Positions 1 through 10,085 of a stretch of 64,000 nt of DNA are shown piece after piece. Location of the stretch: contig OY760686.1 in assembly GCA_963663865.1 (NCBI GenBank), forward strand, positions 704,001 through 768,000. Direction: 5' to 3'. A model generated the notes under the pieces. It was not told where the DNA came from. It did no database searches and saw nothing but the letters and a program-made list of their open reading frames with translations. Made by a program: the position numbers and the translations under genes. Source of the DNA: Spirochaetota bacterium. GTDB lineage: Bacteria; Spirochaetota; UBA4802; UBA5550. The number at the start of each line of letters is the position of its first letter. Position 1 is the first letter of the stretch.

Positions 1-1
1 C

Positions 2-3000
2 CAGGCTGTTTACAATCTGAAGAAAAAGCGTGTAACTGAAGGATATGGCATTTTGCAGCCCAGAATTGATTCGGCAGTAGCCAGAGTTCCGGTCTCCCGG
101 TATTTGCGCATGCATGGTAGCGTTTCCGGAATCGACCCTTATACCCGTGTTTCTTCGGATGTATATCAGGATCTTTTCGGCGAAGGTTCGTTTATAGGCA
201 AAGGCATTTATGATGTGGATGTATTTGAAAAATCGGTGGGTAATGTTTTTCCGGAAAATCGTATTTTAAGTCACGATCTATTGGAAGGATGTTACTCCCG
301 CTCCGGATTAATAAGCGATGTTTTTTTGTACGAAGATAATCCATCACAATATATTACTGATGTAAAACGCCATCACAGATGGATAAGAGGGGACTGGCAG
401 GCCGGTTTATGGATGATGCCTTTTGTTGTATCAGCGGACGGTCATTTAATACTTAACCATCTTTCCGCATTATCAAGATGGAAAATTTTTGATAATCTCC
501 GCAGGAGTCTATTACCTCTATCTTTATTTCTTTTTTTGGTAATGGGTTGGTCTGTACTGCCTTTGCCTCTGTTTTGGACATTATCACTTGCAGTAATCAT
601 TTTATCGCCTAGATTATTGGCTGCTTTCTGGCAAATAATGCATAAATCCGCTGATCAGACTTTTGGAACACACTTTTTTGAAGCATTCATTTTGATGGGG
701 AATCAGTTGTTCAGTTTTATTTTTGCTGTTTCTGTGCTCCCATATGAGGCATTTGCTTATTCTGGTGCCGCAATACTGTCTGTCTGGCGGATGGTTGTGA
801 CACGTAAAAAACTCCTTGAATGGGCCCCCTCAGCATCGGTTTCACGTGATAAAAGTAGCAGTTTAGCTGAAATATTTTATTCTATGGCAATAGCTCCTTT
901 AACAGCACTGTTCTGTACAGGGTTCCTATTATATGTCAATTCAACAATTCTCTATATAATTTCTCCAATAATTATATTATGGTTATTGGCTCCTGTCATG
1001 GTTTGGTCAGTGAGTAAAGCTGAAGCTGAAGAAAATACAAATCTTCCTGAGGAGCAAACTCTGTACCTCCACAGAATTGCCCGGAAAACATGGTACTTTT
1101 TCGAACGTTTTGTGACAGAAGAGGACAACTGGCTGCCGCCTGATAATTATCAGGAACAACCAGTTGCAGCTATAGCTCATCGTACATCACCAACCAATAT
1201 GGGCCTCGGATTACTTGCCAATCTTACTGCCTATGATTTCGGTTATATTCCGGGTGGTGAACTTGTAATTCGATGTTATAATACATTGCAATCCATGAGT
1301 AAGCTGGAACGATACAAGGGGCATTTTTATAACTGGTACGACACTTTGTCATTACTACCGCTGCATCCAATGTATGTTTCAACAGTCGACAGCGGGAATC
1401 TTACAGCCCATTTGCTTACCCTGCGGCAGGGACTTTTAAGCGTTCCTGACGCTCCAATTTTCAGTGCAAAGGTTTATTGCGGGATAGAAACTACAGTCAG
1501 AATAATGCGTGAATTTTCTGATCTTGAGACTATCAGAATTACAAAACAGATGCTGGCTGTACTTGATTCAGCAAAAAAAGATGTCAGCTCACTGAGTGGC
1601 ATAAAAAAGAATATAGATCAACTTATCTTTCTTGCTGATAAAATTTCACCAGCGGGAGAATTCAGAACAGATTTAGGACAATGGATTAACAGGCTTTTTC
1701 TGCAGATAAATACCATTTACGACGATCTGACTTATATTCTCCCATGGATAGACTTATTACCTGTTCCTGCCGAACTTGCTCAGATTGTTGGAGCCGACAA
1801 TATTCCTTCACTTCTGTCCATTTTGACAATGACAGACATTCTACAGGAATTTGAACATTCTGAACATGAGATTAACCTTTCGGATGGATCGGATGCAAAG
1901 GAATGGTTAATCAGGATGCGTGCCGCTCTTGCGGAGGGGCACAGCCGTGCTTCTGCAAGGATTTCTCTTTTGGAAGAACTTGCAGAAGAGTGTGAGCAGA
2001 TGAGTGACTCAGATTATGACTTCCTGTTTGATAAAACAACAAATCTTCTCAGAATAGGCTATAATGTTGACGAGCAGAAAAAAGACGACAGTTATTATGA
2101 TATGTTGGCATCTGAAGCCCGACTGGGAATTTTCGCTGGCATAGCACTTGGGAAGCTGCCGCAGAAAAGCTGGTTTGCTCTCGGCCGTCTATTGACCAAT
2201 TCCGCAGGAGACCCTATATTACTGTCCTGGAGCGGGTCGATGTTTGAATATCTGATGCCGCAGCTTGTAATGCCATCTTATGTAAACACTTTGCTCTACC
2301 AGACCTGTAAATCAACTGTAAAAAGACAAATAGAGTATGCCGGCCAGCATAAAATACCCTGGGGTATTTCAGAATCCGCATATAATATGTTCGACTCAAA
2401 TCTTAATTATCAATATCGTGGATTTGGTGTTCCAAGACTGGGACTTAAACGTGGTCTGGAAGACGATCTCGTGATAGCACCTTATGCTTCCATGATGGCA
2501 CTGATGATATCACCGGCAAAGGCATGTCTGAACATGCAAGTTCTCTCCAGAGAGGGTTTTGAGGGAGAATACGGTTTTTTTGAATCTATCGATTATACTG
2601 CCAGTCGCCTACCGTTGGGCATGACTCATAGCGTTATCCGATCCTATATGGTTCATCATCAAGGCATCGGATTCCTGTCACTGGCTTATCTACTGCTCAA
2701 CAAACCTATGCAAAAAAGGTTTGTATCTGAACTTCGCTTTCAGGCAGCTTTACTGTTGCTCCAGGAGCGTATCCCGAGGGCAACATTCTTTTACGCACAT
2801 CCCGCAGGTCTTATAGAAACACATGCTGCGACAAAAGAAGCTCAAATACGGAAAATTACAACAACGACTACTTCGATTCCAGAGATTCAGCTTTTGAGTA
2901 ATGGCCGGTATCAGGTAATGATAACAAACTCGGGCGGTGGTTATAGCCGTTGGAAAGATATTGCTGTTAATCGGTGGCGGGAAGATGCCACTCGGGATGA

Positions 3001-6000
3001 CAGGGGGATTTTCTGTTATATTAAGGACATCAAAAGCGGTAATTTCTGGTCTAATACGTATCAGCCGACTTTAAAAACTCCCTCTGATTATGAGGTAATC
3101 TATTCGCAGGGACGTGTGGAATTTCGCAGAAAAGATCACGGAATTGACATAAAAACTGAAATTGTTATCTCTCCTGAAGATGATATTGAGTTGAGAAGGG
3201 TTAGGGTAACTAATCGATCTTTGTCGACTAGAGTCATGGAGATAACGAGTTATGTTGAAATAGTGATGGCCAGCCAGTCTTCTGATGAGTCACATCCAGC
3301 ATTCAGCAATCTTTTTGTACAGACAGAAGTTATGCCCGAACACAATGCTATTTTTTGTACACGTCGACCGAGATCTGCTCTTGAAAATCCTCCATGGATG
3401 TTCCACCTCATGGATGTACATGGAGTCGATGTTGAAAGCATATCTTATGAAACAGACCGTATGCGATTTATTGGAAGAGGTAAAACACTGATTCATCCTC
3501 AGGCTATGGATACTGAATTACTTTCCGGTAGCGATGGATCTGTGCTTGATCCCATTATGTCCATTCGGTGTCGGATCAGGCTCAAGCCCAATGAGACAGC
3601 CGTGCTTGACCAGGTTTACGGGATAAGTGATTCAAAAAAATCATGTGAAATATTGATGCACAAGTATCAGGATCGCCATCTTAAAAATCGTGCTTTTGAA
3701 CTTTCCTGGACACATAGTCATGTGATGCTGCGTCAGATTAATGCAAGTGAGGCGGATGCTCAGTTGTACAACCGCCTGGCAGCTTCAATTATTTATGCCA
3801 ACCCCAATATGCGCGCGCAAGAGTCAGTTATCATTAATAATTTAAGAGGACAATCCGGATTGTGGAGTCATTCGGTTTCTGGTGATCTGCCTATAGTATT
3901 GCTGCAGGTCTTTACCTCAGAAAATATGGAACTTGTAAAACAAATGGTTCAGGCGCATGCATATTGGCGTCTGAAAGGATTGGCTGTAGACCTTGTAATA
4001 TGGAATGAAGACCATGGATCTTACCGACAGCTTTTACATGATCAGATTCTCGGGCTGACCACTTCGCGGAATGCAGAGAATCCAACTCATGGGACGCCGG
4101 GGAATATTTATGTTAAATCCACCGATCAGTTGTCAGCAGAAGACCGTATACTTTTTGAAAGTGCTGCACGTGTAATAATTCATGACACAGATGGCACTTT
4201 ATCCGAATTTGTGAGCAAACTTTATATAGAAAAAGTATTGCCACCTTTACTGGAAACGAAATCATCTGAAGCAGACGAGAAACTAAGTTCAGTATTCCTG
4301 CCCGATGATCTTTTATTTTTTAATGGTTGTGGCGGATTTACACCGGATGGCAAAGAGTATAAAATAATAACGAATAGAAATGAAACTACCCCCGCACCAT
4401 GGGTTAATGTTATTGCAAATTCTGAATTTGGCACTGTTGTCTCTGAGAGCGGTTCAGCCTATACCTGGGCTGTCAATGCTCATGAATATCGCATTACCCC
4501 CTGGAGCAATGACCCAGTTAGTGATGAGGGAGGTGAAGCCTTTTATATACGTGACGAAGAGACTGGTCATTTCTGGTCACCATCATTATTTCCTGCAAAA
4601 GGTGTAACTCCTTATATTACAACACATGGCTTTGGATATACCAGTTTTGAACATGTTGAAGAAGGTATCTCTTCAAGAATGTGTGTCTCTGTGGACAAGG
4701 TGCTACCGGTTAAATTTGTTGTTTTGAACATAAAAAATGATTCAGGATACGAGCGGAAACTATCCATAACGGGGTTTCTTGAAATCATTCTTGGTGATGT
4801 CCGTTCCAAAACAAATATGCATATTGTTTCCGAGATGGATGTTGACAGCGGAGCTTTGATCCTTAAGAACAGGTACAATTCTGCATTTGCTGACCGCGTT
4901 GCCTTTTTTAAAGTAGATATGCCATATCAGAGTTTTACAACAGACCGTTCCGAATTTATCGGTAGAAACAGAAATACTGCTGATCCTCAGGCCATGTACA
5001 GAAAGAAGCTTTCGGGCAGGAGCGGTGCCGGCATAGATCCATGTGCCGCATTGCGCGTAAAATTTAATCTGCTCGACGGAGCTGAAAAAGAAATAGTATT
5101 TCAGATCGGAAATGAAGAAAATCATGCAACAGCAAGTTCTCTGATTGAAAAATTGGCAGAGAAGGAGATGGCCATATCGTCCCTGAATGGTGTAAAAGAA
5201 TACTGGGAAACGGTACTAGGCAGTGTGCAGGTAAACACTCCTGATCCATCACTTAATATTATGGCAAACGGCTGGCTTCTCTATCAGACTTTGGCTTGCA
5301 GAATTTTCGCCCGAAGCGGTTTTTATCAGTCTGGGGGAGCTTTCGGATTTAGAGATCAGCTGCAGGATGTACTTGCTTTGCTGCATACAAGACCTGAAGT
5401 GGCGCACGACCAGATACTATTAAATGCTTCGAGACAATTTTCAGAAGGTGATGTGCAGCACTGGTGGCATCCCCCAGAAGGGAGGGGAGTTCGTACACAT
5501 TGTTCTGATGATCTCCTGTGGCTTCCTTTTGCAGTTTCAAAGTATATTTCCACGACTGGAGATAAAACGATTTTGGATAAACCCGCAGGCTTTCTCGAGG
5601 GCCGGTTGCTGAATGATAATGAAGATTCACTATATGACCTTCCTATGCGTGGGAATCTTAACGGGACATTGTATGAACATTGTGTTCGTGCAATAAAACA
5701 CAGCTGTAATTTCGGGAAACACGGTTTACCGCTTATAGGATCCGGTGACTGGAATGATGGGATGGATCAGGTCGGAAATAAAGGCCTTGGTGAAAGTGTC
5801 TGGCTGGCTTTTTTTCTCTATGATGTATTGTTGAGTTTTGCCGATGTTGCAGATGCTTATAGTGATAACCTATTTGCTGAAATATGCGCAAATGAAGCAG
5901 CAGTCCTTAGATCAAATATTGACATTTCAGGTTGGGATGGGCAATGGTACATGCGAGCATATTTTGATGATGGAACACCGCTGGGTTCAAAAATAAATGA

Positions 6001-6721
6001 TGAGTGCAGAATTGATGCTATTGCCCAAAGCTGGTCTGTTTTATCGGGTGCAGCTGATGAAGAAAAAGCAATCATAGCGATGTCATCTCTTTATAAACAC
6101 CTTGTTAAAAAAGATATGAAACTTATTCAGCTACTTGATCCGCCGTTTGACAAGAATGGGCCTAATCCGGGTTATATTCGAGGCTATTCGCCAGGTATTA
6201 GGGAAAATGGCGGACAATATTCTCATGGTGCGGTATGGGCACTCATGGCCTTCGCATTGCTTGGAGATAGAGTAAAGGTCTGGGAGCTATTCAGTATGAT
6301 CAATCCATTAAACCATTCGTCTGATTCTGTAAGTATGAAAAAATATAAGATTGAACCGTATGTTATGGCAGCAGATGTTTATGCAAGTAAATCACAGGAA
6401 GGAATGGGGGGGTGGTCTTGGTATACAGGCTCCTCAGGCTGGATGTATCAGTTTATCACCGGATACTTATTAGGTTTGCAATTACAGACCAATCTGTTGA
6501 AATTCAGTCCGTGTTTCCCCATGGAATGGCCATCGGTCTCAATAGTATATTGTTTTGGGAAATCAAGTTACAGGATTACACTTTTTCAGATAATAGATAA
6601 AGATTCCTGGTGGGAAATGGATGGCAAGCATGGCAGGGGCAGTGTTATCGAACTCACTGATGATGGCCTCGAACATGAAGCAGCGGTACATTATTGCTGT
6701 GCACCTGACTTTAAATCCTAA
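2..6721 (+). CDS. ndvB: Cyclic beta-1,2-glucan synthase (Cgs/NdvB/ChvB; GT84 + glucoamylase-like + GH94 domains), 5'-truncated by window edge
   Basis: Frame is open from base 2 (...GYGILQPR). Motifs GKGIYDVD, LSHDLLEG, RWIRGDWQ, a TM block, TSPTNMG, LSWSGSMFEYLMP, PWGISES and GH94 motifs YQSGGAFGFRDQLQD, GDWNDGM, ENGGQYSH, WYTGSSGW. Confidence 0.93.
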   Translation, partial: QAVYNLKKKRVTEGYGILQPRIDSAVARVPVSRYLRMHGSVSGIDPYTRVSSDVYQDLFGEGSFIGKGIYDVDVFEKSVGNVFPENRILSHDLLEGCYSRSGLISDVFLYEDNPSQYITDVKRHHRWIRGDWQAGLWMMPFVVSADGHLILNHLSALSRWKIFDNLRRSLLPLSLFLFLVMGWSVLPLPLFWTLSLAVIILSPRLLAAFWQIMHKSADQTFGTHFFEAFILMGNQLFSFIFAVSVLPYEAFAYSGAAILSVWRMVVTRKKLLEWAPSASVSRDKSSSLAEIFYSMAIAPLTALFCTGFLLYVNSTILYIISPIIILWLLAPVMVWSVSKAEAEENTNLPEEQTLYLHRIARKTWYFFERFVTEEDNWLPPDNYQEQPVAAIAHRTSPTNMGLGLLANLTAYDFGYIPGGELVIRCYNTLQSMSKLERYKGHFYNWYDTLSLLPLHPMYVSTVDSGNLTAHLLTLRQGLLSVPDAPIFSAKVYCGIETTVRIMREFSDLETIRITKQMLAVLDSAKKDVSSLSGIKKNIDQLIFLADKISPAGEFRTDLGQWINRLFLQINTIYDDLTYILPWIDLLPVPAELAQIVGADNIPSLLSILTMTDILQEFEHSEHEINLSDGSDAKEWLIRMRAALAEGHSRASARISLLEELAEECEQMSDSDYDFLFDKTTNLLRIGYNVDEQKKDDSYYDMLASEARLGIFAGIALGKLPQKSWFALGRLLTNSAGDPILLSWSGSMFEYLMPQLVMPSYVNTLLYQTCKSTVKRQIEYAGQHKIPWGISESAYNMFDSNLNYQYRGFGVPRLGLKRGLEDDLVIAPYASMMALMISPAKACLNMQVLSREGFEGEYGFFESIDYTASRLPLGMTHSVIRSYMVHHQGIGFLSLAYLLLNKPMQKRFVSELRFQAALLLLQERIPRATFFYAHPAGLIETHAATKEAQIRKITTTTTSIPEIQLLSNGRYQVMITNSGGGYSRWKDIAVNRWREDATRDDRGIFCYIKDIKSGNFWSNTYQPTLKTPSDYEVIYSQGRVEFRRKDHGIDIKTEIVISPEDDIELRRVRVTNRSLSTRVMEITSYVEIVMASQSSDESHPAFSNLFVQTEVMPEHNAIFCTRRPRSALENPPWMFHLMDVHGVDVESISYETDRMRFIGRGKTLIHPQAMDTELLSGSDGSVLDPIMSIRCRIRLKPNETAVLDQVYGISDSKKSCEILMHKYQDRHLKNRAFELSWTHSHVMLRQINASEADAQLYNRLAASIIYANPNMRAQESVIINNLRGQSGLWSHSVSGDLPIVLLQVFTSENMELVKQMVQAHAYWRLKGLAVDLVIWNEDHGSYRQLLHDQILGLTTSRNAENPTHGTPGNIYVKSTDQLSAEDRILFESAARVIIHDTDGTLSEFVSKLYIEKVLPPLLETKSSEADEKLSSVFLPDDLLFFNGCGGFTPDGKEYKIITNRNETTPAPWVNVIANSEFGTVVSESGSAYTWAVNAHEYRITPWSNDPVSDEGGEAFYIRDEETGHFWSPSLFPAKGVTPYITTHGFGYTSFEHVEEGISSRMCVSVDKVLPVKFVVLNIKNDSGYERKLSITGFLEIILGDVRSKTNMHIVSEMDVDSGALILKNRYNSAFADRVAFFKVDMPYQSFTTDRSEFIGRNRNTADPQAMYRKKLSGRSGAGIDPCAALRVKFNLLDGAEKEIVFQIGNEENHATASSLIEKLAEKEMAISSLNGVKEYWETVLGSVQVNTPDPSLNIMANGWLLYQTLACRIFARSGFYQSGGAFGFRDQLQDVLALLHTRPEVAHDQILLNASRQFSEGDVQHWWHPPEGRGVRTHCSDDLLWLPFAVSKYISTTGDKTILDKPAGFLEGRLLNDNEDSLYDLPMRGNLNGTLYEHCVRAIKHSCNFGKHGLPLIGSGDWNDGMDQVGNKGLGESVWLAFFLYDVLLSFADVADAYSDNLFAEICANEAAVLRSNIDISGWDGQWYMRAYFDDGTPLGSKINDECRIDAIAQSWSVLSGAADEEKAIIAMSSLYKHLVKKDMKLIQLLDPPFDKNGPNPGYIRGYSPGIRENGGQYSHGAVWALMAFALLGDRVKVWELFSMINPLNHSSDSVSMKKYKIEPYVMAADVYASKSQEGMGGWSWYTGSSGWMYQFITGYLLGLQLQTNLLKFSPCFPMEWPSVSIVYCFGKSSYRITLFQIIDKDSWWEMDGKHGRGSVIELTDDGLEHEAAVHYCCAPDFKS

Positions 6722-6761
6722 AATTCAGGACCTGGACGCTCCGAATGTCCTCACTGATTTT

Positions 6762-6812
6762 TTTGTACGCCAAAGGCTCTCCGAAAAAAACAGAGGGTTT
6801 TTGGCGTACAAA
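6762..6812. terminator. Inverted repeat between convergent ndvB and tRNA-Arg
   Basis: TTTGTACGCCAAA (6762-6774) and TTTGGCGTACAAA (6800-6812) form a 13-bp perfect stem just beyond the tRNA 3' end; no clear U tract. Confidence 0.5.
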
Positions 6813-6814
6813 TG

Positions 6815-6888
6815 CGCGTCCGGAAGGATTCGAACCTTCGACCTACGGATTCGTAGTCCGGCACTCTATCCAGCTGAGCTACGGACGC
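6815..6888 (-). tRNA. tRNA-Arg(ACG)
   Basis: Minus strand GCGTCCG-TAGCTCAGCTGGATAGAGT-...CT-ACG-AA...GGTTCGAATCC-TTC-CGGACGC-G; acceptor stem pairs; CCA not encoded. Confidence 0.96.
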
Positions 6889-6895
6889 ATATATG

Positions 6896-7282
6896 TTAGA
6901 GATAATCGATCTTATCTGCGAATTTGTCAACAAAAGGTATGGGAAAATTTCTTTTTTTGATCATTGAAGCCGTAGCAGCCGCGCAAAGAGCGAAATAAAG
7001 AAATTCCACAGCATAAACCGCAATAACAGCTGTCAGCTTGAGTATCCTTGATTCAATTCCAATGAATATGAAAGAAATGCCGAGAACAAGAAGGACGGCC
7101 GCAAAAAAAGCCGACATAACAAAGGCACGTCTGACATGAAAAATGAGTTCCCTGTCCTCTCGCCTGAAAGCCGCTGCGGGCCACCATCCGATAAAAGGAA
7201 AGTAGACGCCATAATGCGGAGCGTTCTTCAGAATGATGCGGACGCTCTGGTTTATCTGGTTTAATTTAGCTGTGAGGGCCAT
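6896..7282 (-). CDS. Small integral membrane protein (DUF4870-like)
   Basis: 128 aa with hydrophobic segments, FHVRRA and C-terminal FPIPFV motifs reminiscent of DUF4870 proteins; lies between tRNA genes. Confidence 0.6.
   Translation of the reverse strand: MALTAKLNQINQSVRIILKNAPHYGVYFPFIGWWPAAAFRREDRELIFHVRRAFVMSAFFAAVLLVLGISFIFIGIESRILKLTAVIAVYAVEFLYFALCAAATASMIKKRNFPIPFVDKFADKIDYL
6902..6930 (-). promoter_or_regulatory. Putative sigma70 promoter for tRNA-Arg embedded in the 3' end of the upstream ORF
   Basis: TTGACA-17 nt-GATTAT on minus strand, ending 13 nt before the tRNA 5' end. Confidence 0.45.
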
Positions 7283-7318
7283 CTTTTCCGGTTGTTAACA
7301 TTTTTTTCAGCTACCATT

Positions 7319-7406
7319 CGGAGAGGGGGGGATTCGAACCCCCGGTGCCAGTAATAGGCACTTTTGCTTAGCAGGCAAACCCCTTCGGCCTCTCGGGCAC
7401 CTCTCC
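7319..7406 (-). tRNA. tRNA-Ser(GCT)
   Basis: GGAGAGG...CCTCTCC-G acceptor stem, anticodon loop CT-GCT-AA, long variable arm, GGTTCGAATCC T-loop. Confidence 0.96.
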
Positions 7407-7442
7407 AGAATTATCAGGCAGACTGATCGAAAAGAATCGATG

Positions 7443-7526
7443 CGGAAAGTGAGGGATTCGAACCCCCGGAGCTTTTGGCTCAACGGTTTTCAAGACCGCC
7501 TCCATCGACCACTCGGACAACTTTCC
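7443..7526 (-). tRNA. tRNA-Ser(TGA)
   Basis: GGAAAGT...ACTTTCC-G acceptor stem, anticodon loop CT-TGA-AA, long variable arm, GGTTCGAATCC. Confidence 0.96.
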
Positions 7527-7533
7527 GTGAACT

Positions 7534-7561
7534 AACCTAATTGGTGTATGCTCCCTGTCAA
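7534..7561 (-). promoter_or_regulatory. Putative sigma70 promoter of the tRNA-Ser pair
   Basis: TTGACA-16 nt-TAGGTT on minus strand just upstream of tRNA-Ser(TGA). Confidence 0.45.
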
Positions 7562-7596
7562 ATAAAAAAATTCCGAGAGGCGGTTTAATAATCAGA

Positions 7597-8469
7597 TCAG
7601 CTCCGGGCGCCGCCAACAATCTCAGTGCCGATTCCCGCGTCGGTAAAAATCTCGAGAAGTACGGCATGCTCAATTCGGCCGTCAATAATATGGGCCTTGT
7701 GGACGCCTCCTGAAACGGCTTCAACGCAGCAGTTGACCTTTGGAATCATTCCGCCGACAATCTCACCCGAGTTGATGAGCCCGCCGACATCCCCCGCCTC
7801 TATCGTTGAAACGAGGGAACCTTTGACCTTGACGCCTTCAACGTCAGTAAGCAGAATCAGCTTCTCTGCTTTCAGAGCTTCAGCGATCTTTCCAGCTGCT
7901 GTGTCCGCGTTGATATTGTAGGTGTTGCCGTGCTCGTCTCCGCCGATTGGAGCTATGACTGGAATGAAGTTCCTCGCTTTCAAAGTTTCGAGTATCTCGG
8001 GATTGACGGACTTGACTGAACCAACATGGCCTATGTCGATCTTTTCACCATTTTCGTAGTGATACATCTTCTCAGCGCAGATCAGAGAGCCGTCTTTTCC
8101 GGACAGGCCGGCGGCCTTTCCGCCCATGACGTTGATGCTGCTCACAATGCCCTTGTTTACCGTGCCGGTAAGGACCATCTCGACAATTTCCATTGTCTCG
8201 TCGTCTGTAACCCTCATCCCTCCGGCAAACTCGCTTTTCATCCCGAGCTTTTCAATGAGCTTTCCTATCTGAGGCCCGCCTCCGTGAACTATTACAGGAT
8301 TTATTCCAACGTACTTCATGAGAAGTATATCTCCCGCGAAGGAACGGCACAGCCTGTCATCCTTCATGGCATGGCCGCCGTACTTAATAACAACGGTCTT
8401 TCCCGAGAACTCCTGAATGTACGGGAACGATTCCATGAGGGTGTTAACTTTTTCGATGTATTTGATCAT
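7597..8469 (-). CDS. argB: Acetylglutamate kinase
   Basis: [63 protein letters not shown]. Confidence 0.97.
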   Translation of the reverse strand: MIKYIEKVNTLMESFPYIQEFSGKTVVIKYGGHAMKDDRLCRSFAGDILLMKYVGINPVIVHGGGPQIGKLIEKLGMKSEFAGGMRVTDDETMEIVEMVLTGTVNKGIVSSINVMGGKAAGLSGKDGSLICAEKMYHYENGEKIDIGHVGSVKSVNPEILETLKARNFIPVIAPIGGDEHGNTYNINADTAAGKIAEALKAEKLILLTDVEGVKVKGSLVSTIEAGDVGGLINSGEIVGGMIPKVNCCVEAVSGGVHKAHIIDGRIEHAVLLEIFTDAGIGTEIVGGARS

Positions 8470-8734
8470 AGCACGGCTCCAGTACGATGGTATTAAGCAT
8501 GGATGTCCGCTAAAGCCTTAAGCATCGACGCGTGACTATTAGCAGAGTTCACGCAAAACTAAAGAAACGGTACGGTCAGAGTCAATAAGAAAACGTCTGA
8601 TGAAGAGCTTTATCCCCCCCAAACAAAAGAGGAGAAATTGAGCCCATCCCGGAAACCGAATGTGAAGCCTGGATGATAAACTGCTTGCGCGGCCGGGCAT
8701 TGCCGGTATTGATGCAAAAAGCTTCGAGAGGAGA

Positions 8735-9346
8735 ATGCGGATGAAAAGGGTTTTACTGCTGCTTGCCGAAGGTTTTGAAATGATAGAGGCAGGCGCGTTT
8801 ATCGATGTGTTCGGATGGAACAGCAGTTTCGGCAGCGTTCCGGTTGATCTGAAGCTCTGCGGAACAGCGGGCGTTGTCCGCTCAGCGTTTGGGGTCGAGA
8901 TAAAGGCCGAGCTGACGATTGACTGTGTCTGTGCCTCTGACTTTGACGCCCTTGCCGTGCCGGGAGGTTTCGGCACATACGGATTTTACGCCGACGCGCA
9001 TTCGCACGACTTCACAGGTCTGATTCGTGAGTTCGGCAGGTTGAACAGACCTATAGCATCTGTCTGTACCGGGTCAATCCCCCTGGCTAAAAGCGGCATA
9101 TTGAACGGAAGAAGGGCGACTTCGTATGGGCTCAATGCCGGTAAAAGCCTGAAGCGGCTTGAGCGCCTTGGCGCCGTTCCCGTCGATGAGCGGATTGTCG
9201 TTGACGGCGGCATCATAACTTCACAGTATCCGTCAACGGCCTTCGATACGGCCTTTCTGCTTCTTAAGGCGCTTACGGGAACAGATAACGCTTCACATAT
9301 CAGGGAGCTCATGGGGTTTCAGGCCGCAGGCATTAAAGGTTTATAA
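8735..9346 (+). CDS. DJ-1/PfpI family protein
   Basis: GFEMIE, DALAVPGG, nucleophile elbow ASVCTG, GRRATSY, VVDGGIITS. Confidence 0.9.
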   Translation: MRMKRVLLLLAEGFEMIEAGAFIDVFGWNSSFGSVPVDLKLCGTAGVVRSAFGVEIKAELTIDCVCASDFDALAVPGGFGTYGFYADAHSHDFTGLIREFGRLNRPIASVCTGSIPLAKSGILNGRRATSYGLNAGKSLKRLERLGAVPVDERIVVDGGIITSQYPSTAFDTAFLLLKALTGTDNASHIRELMGFQAAGIKGL

Positions 9347-9574
9347 TTTATTCACAACGCTGTCCGCGTTTTTTTTTATATTTACCGCGGTTCAGTCTTT
9401 TTTTTGGCGGGGGGATAATGACTTTTTCAAGTACTCCGTTTGAACGCGGGGCGGGGGCTCTCTCCTCTCCGTAAAAAAGGATGCCTTATAGGAATTGAGA
9501 TTGATTAGTGAGCGCATTGATGTATGCTTGTTGACAGCTTTTAGTCTGTATGATAATAATATAGAGAGGAAAAA

Positions 9575-10048
9575 ATGAAACCAGTAAAAAGAATAGCCCT
9601 TGTGGCGCACGACAATAGAAAGAAAGACCTGGTTGAGTGGGTCGAGTGGAACTACGCTGAGCTTTTAAGCCATGACCTGATCTGTACCGGTACAACCGGA
9701 AGGCTTGTAGAGGAGGCTCTGTATGAAAGGTGTTCAGCGGACAATGTGCCGTTTAAATCGAAGCTTACCCGCCTGAAGTCCGGGCCTCTCGGCGGCGATC
9801 AGCAGCTCGGTGCCCTTATCGCGGAAGGCAAAATTGACATGATGATCTTTTTCTGGGACCCCATGCAGGCGCAACCTCACGATGTCGACGTAAAGGCGCT
9901 GCTCAGGATTGCCGCGGTTTACAACATTCCGATGGCAACAAACAGATCAACAGCTGATTTTATTATTTCTTCACCTCTGATCGGCAAGGAATACAAGCCG
10001 GAGTTGAAGGATTATGCTTCATACATTACGCGCAAGCTGCCGTCCTGA
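9575..10048 (+). CDS. mgsA: Methylglyoxal synthase
   Basis: IALVAHD, TGTTG, SGPLGGDQQ, FFWDP..QPHDVDVKALLR, ATNRSTADF. Confidence 0.97.
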   Translation: MKPVKRIALVAHDNRKKDLVEWVEWNYAELLSHDLICTGTTGRLVEEALYERCSADNVPFKSKLTRLKSGPLGGDQQLGALIAEGKIDMMIFFWDPMQAQPHDVDVKALLRIAAVYNIPMATNRSTADFIISSPLIGKEYKPELKDYASYITRKLPS

Positions 10049-10085
10049 AAAATAGCGGGGAAGTGCCCGCGCGGAGGGGAACGCA

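Noticed and set aside
6621-7724. Short ORFs overlapping the tRNA genes (6621-6899, 6745-6960, 6751-6933, 7368-7724)
   Set aside because: They are translations of tRNA sequence.
9398-9478. Possible structured RNA upstream of mgsA
   Set aside because: Pairing relies on G-U pairs and homopolymer tracts, and matches no riboswitch consensus I recognise.
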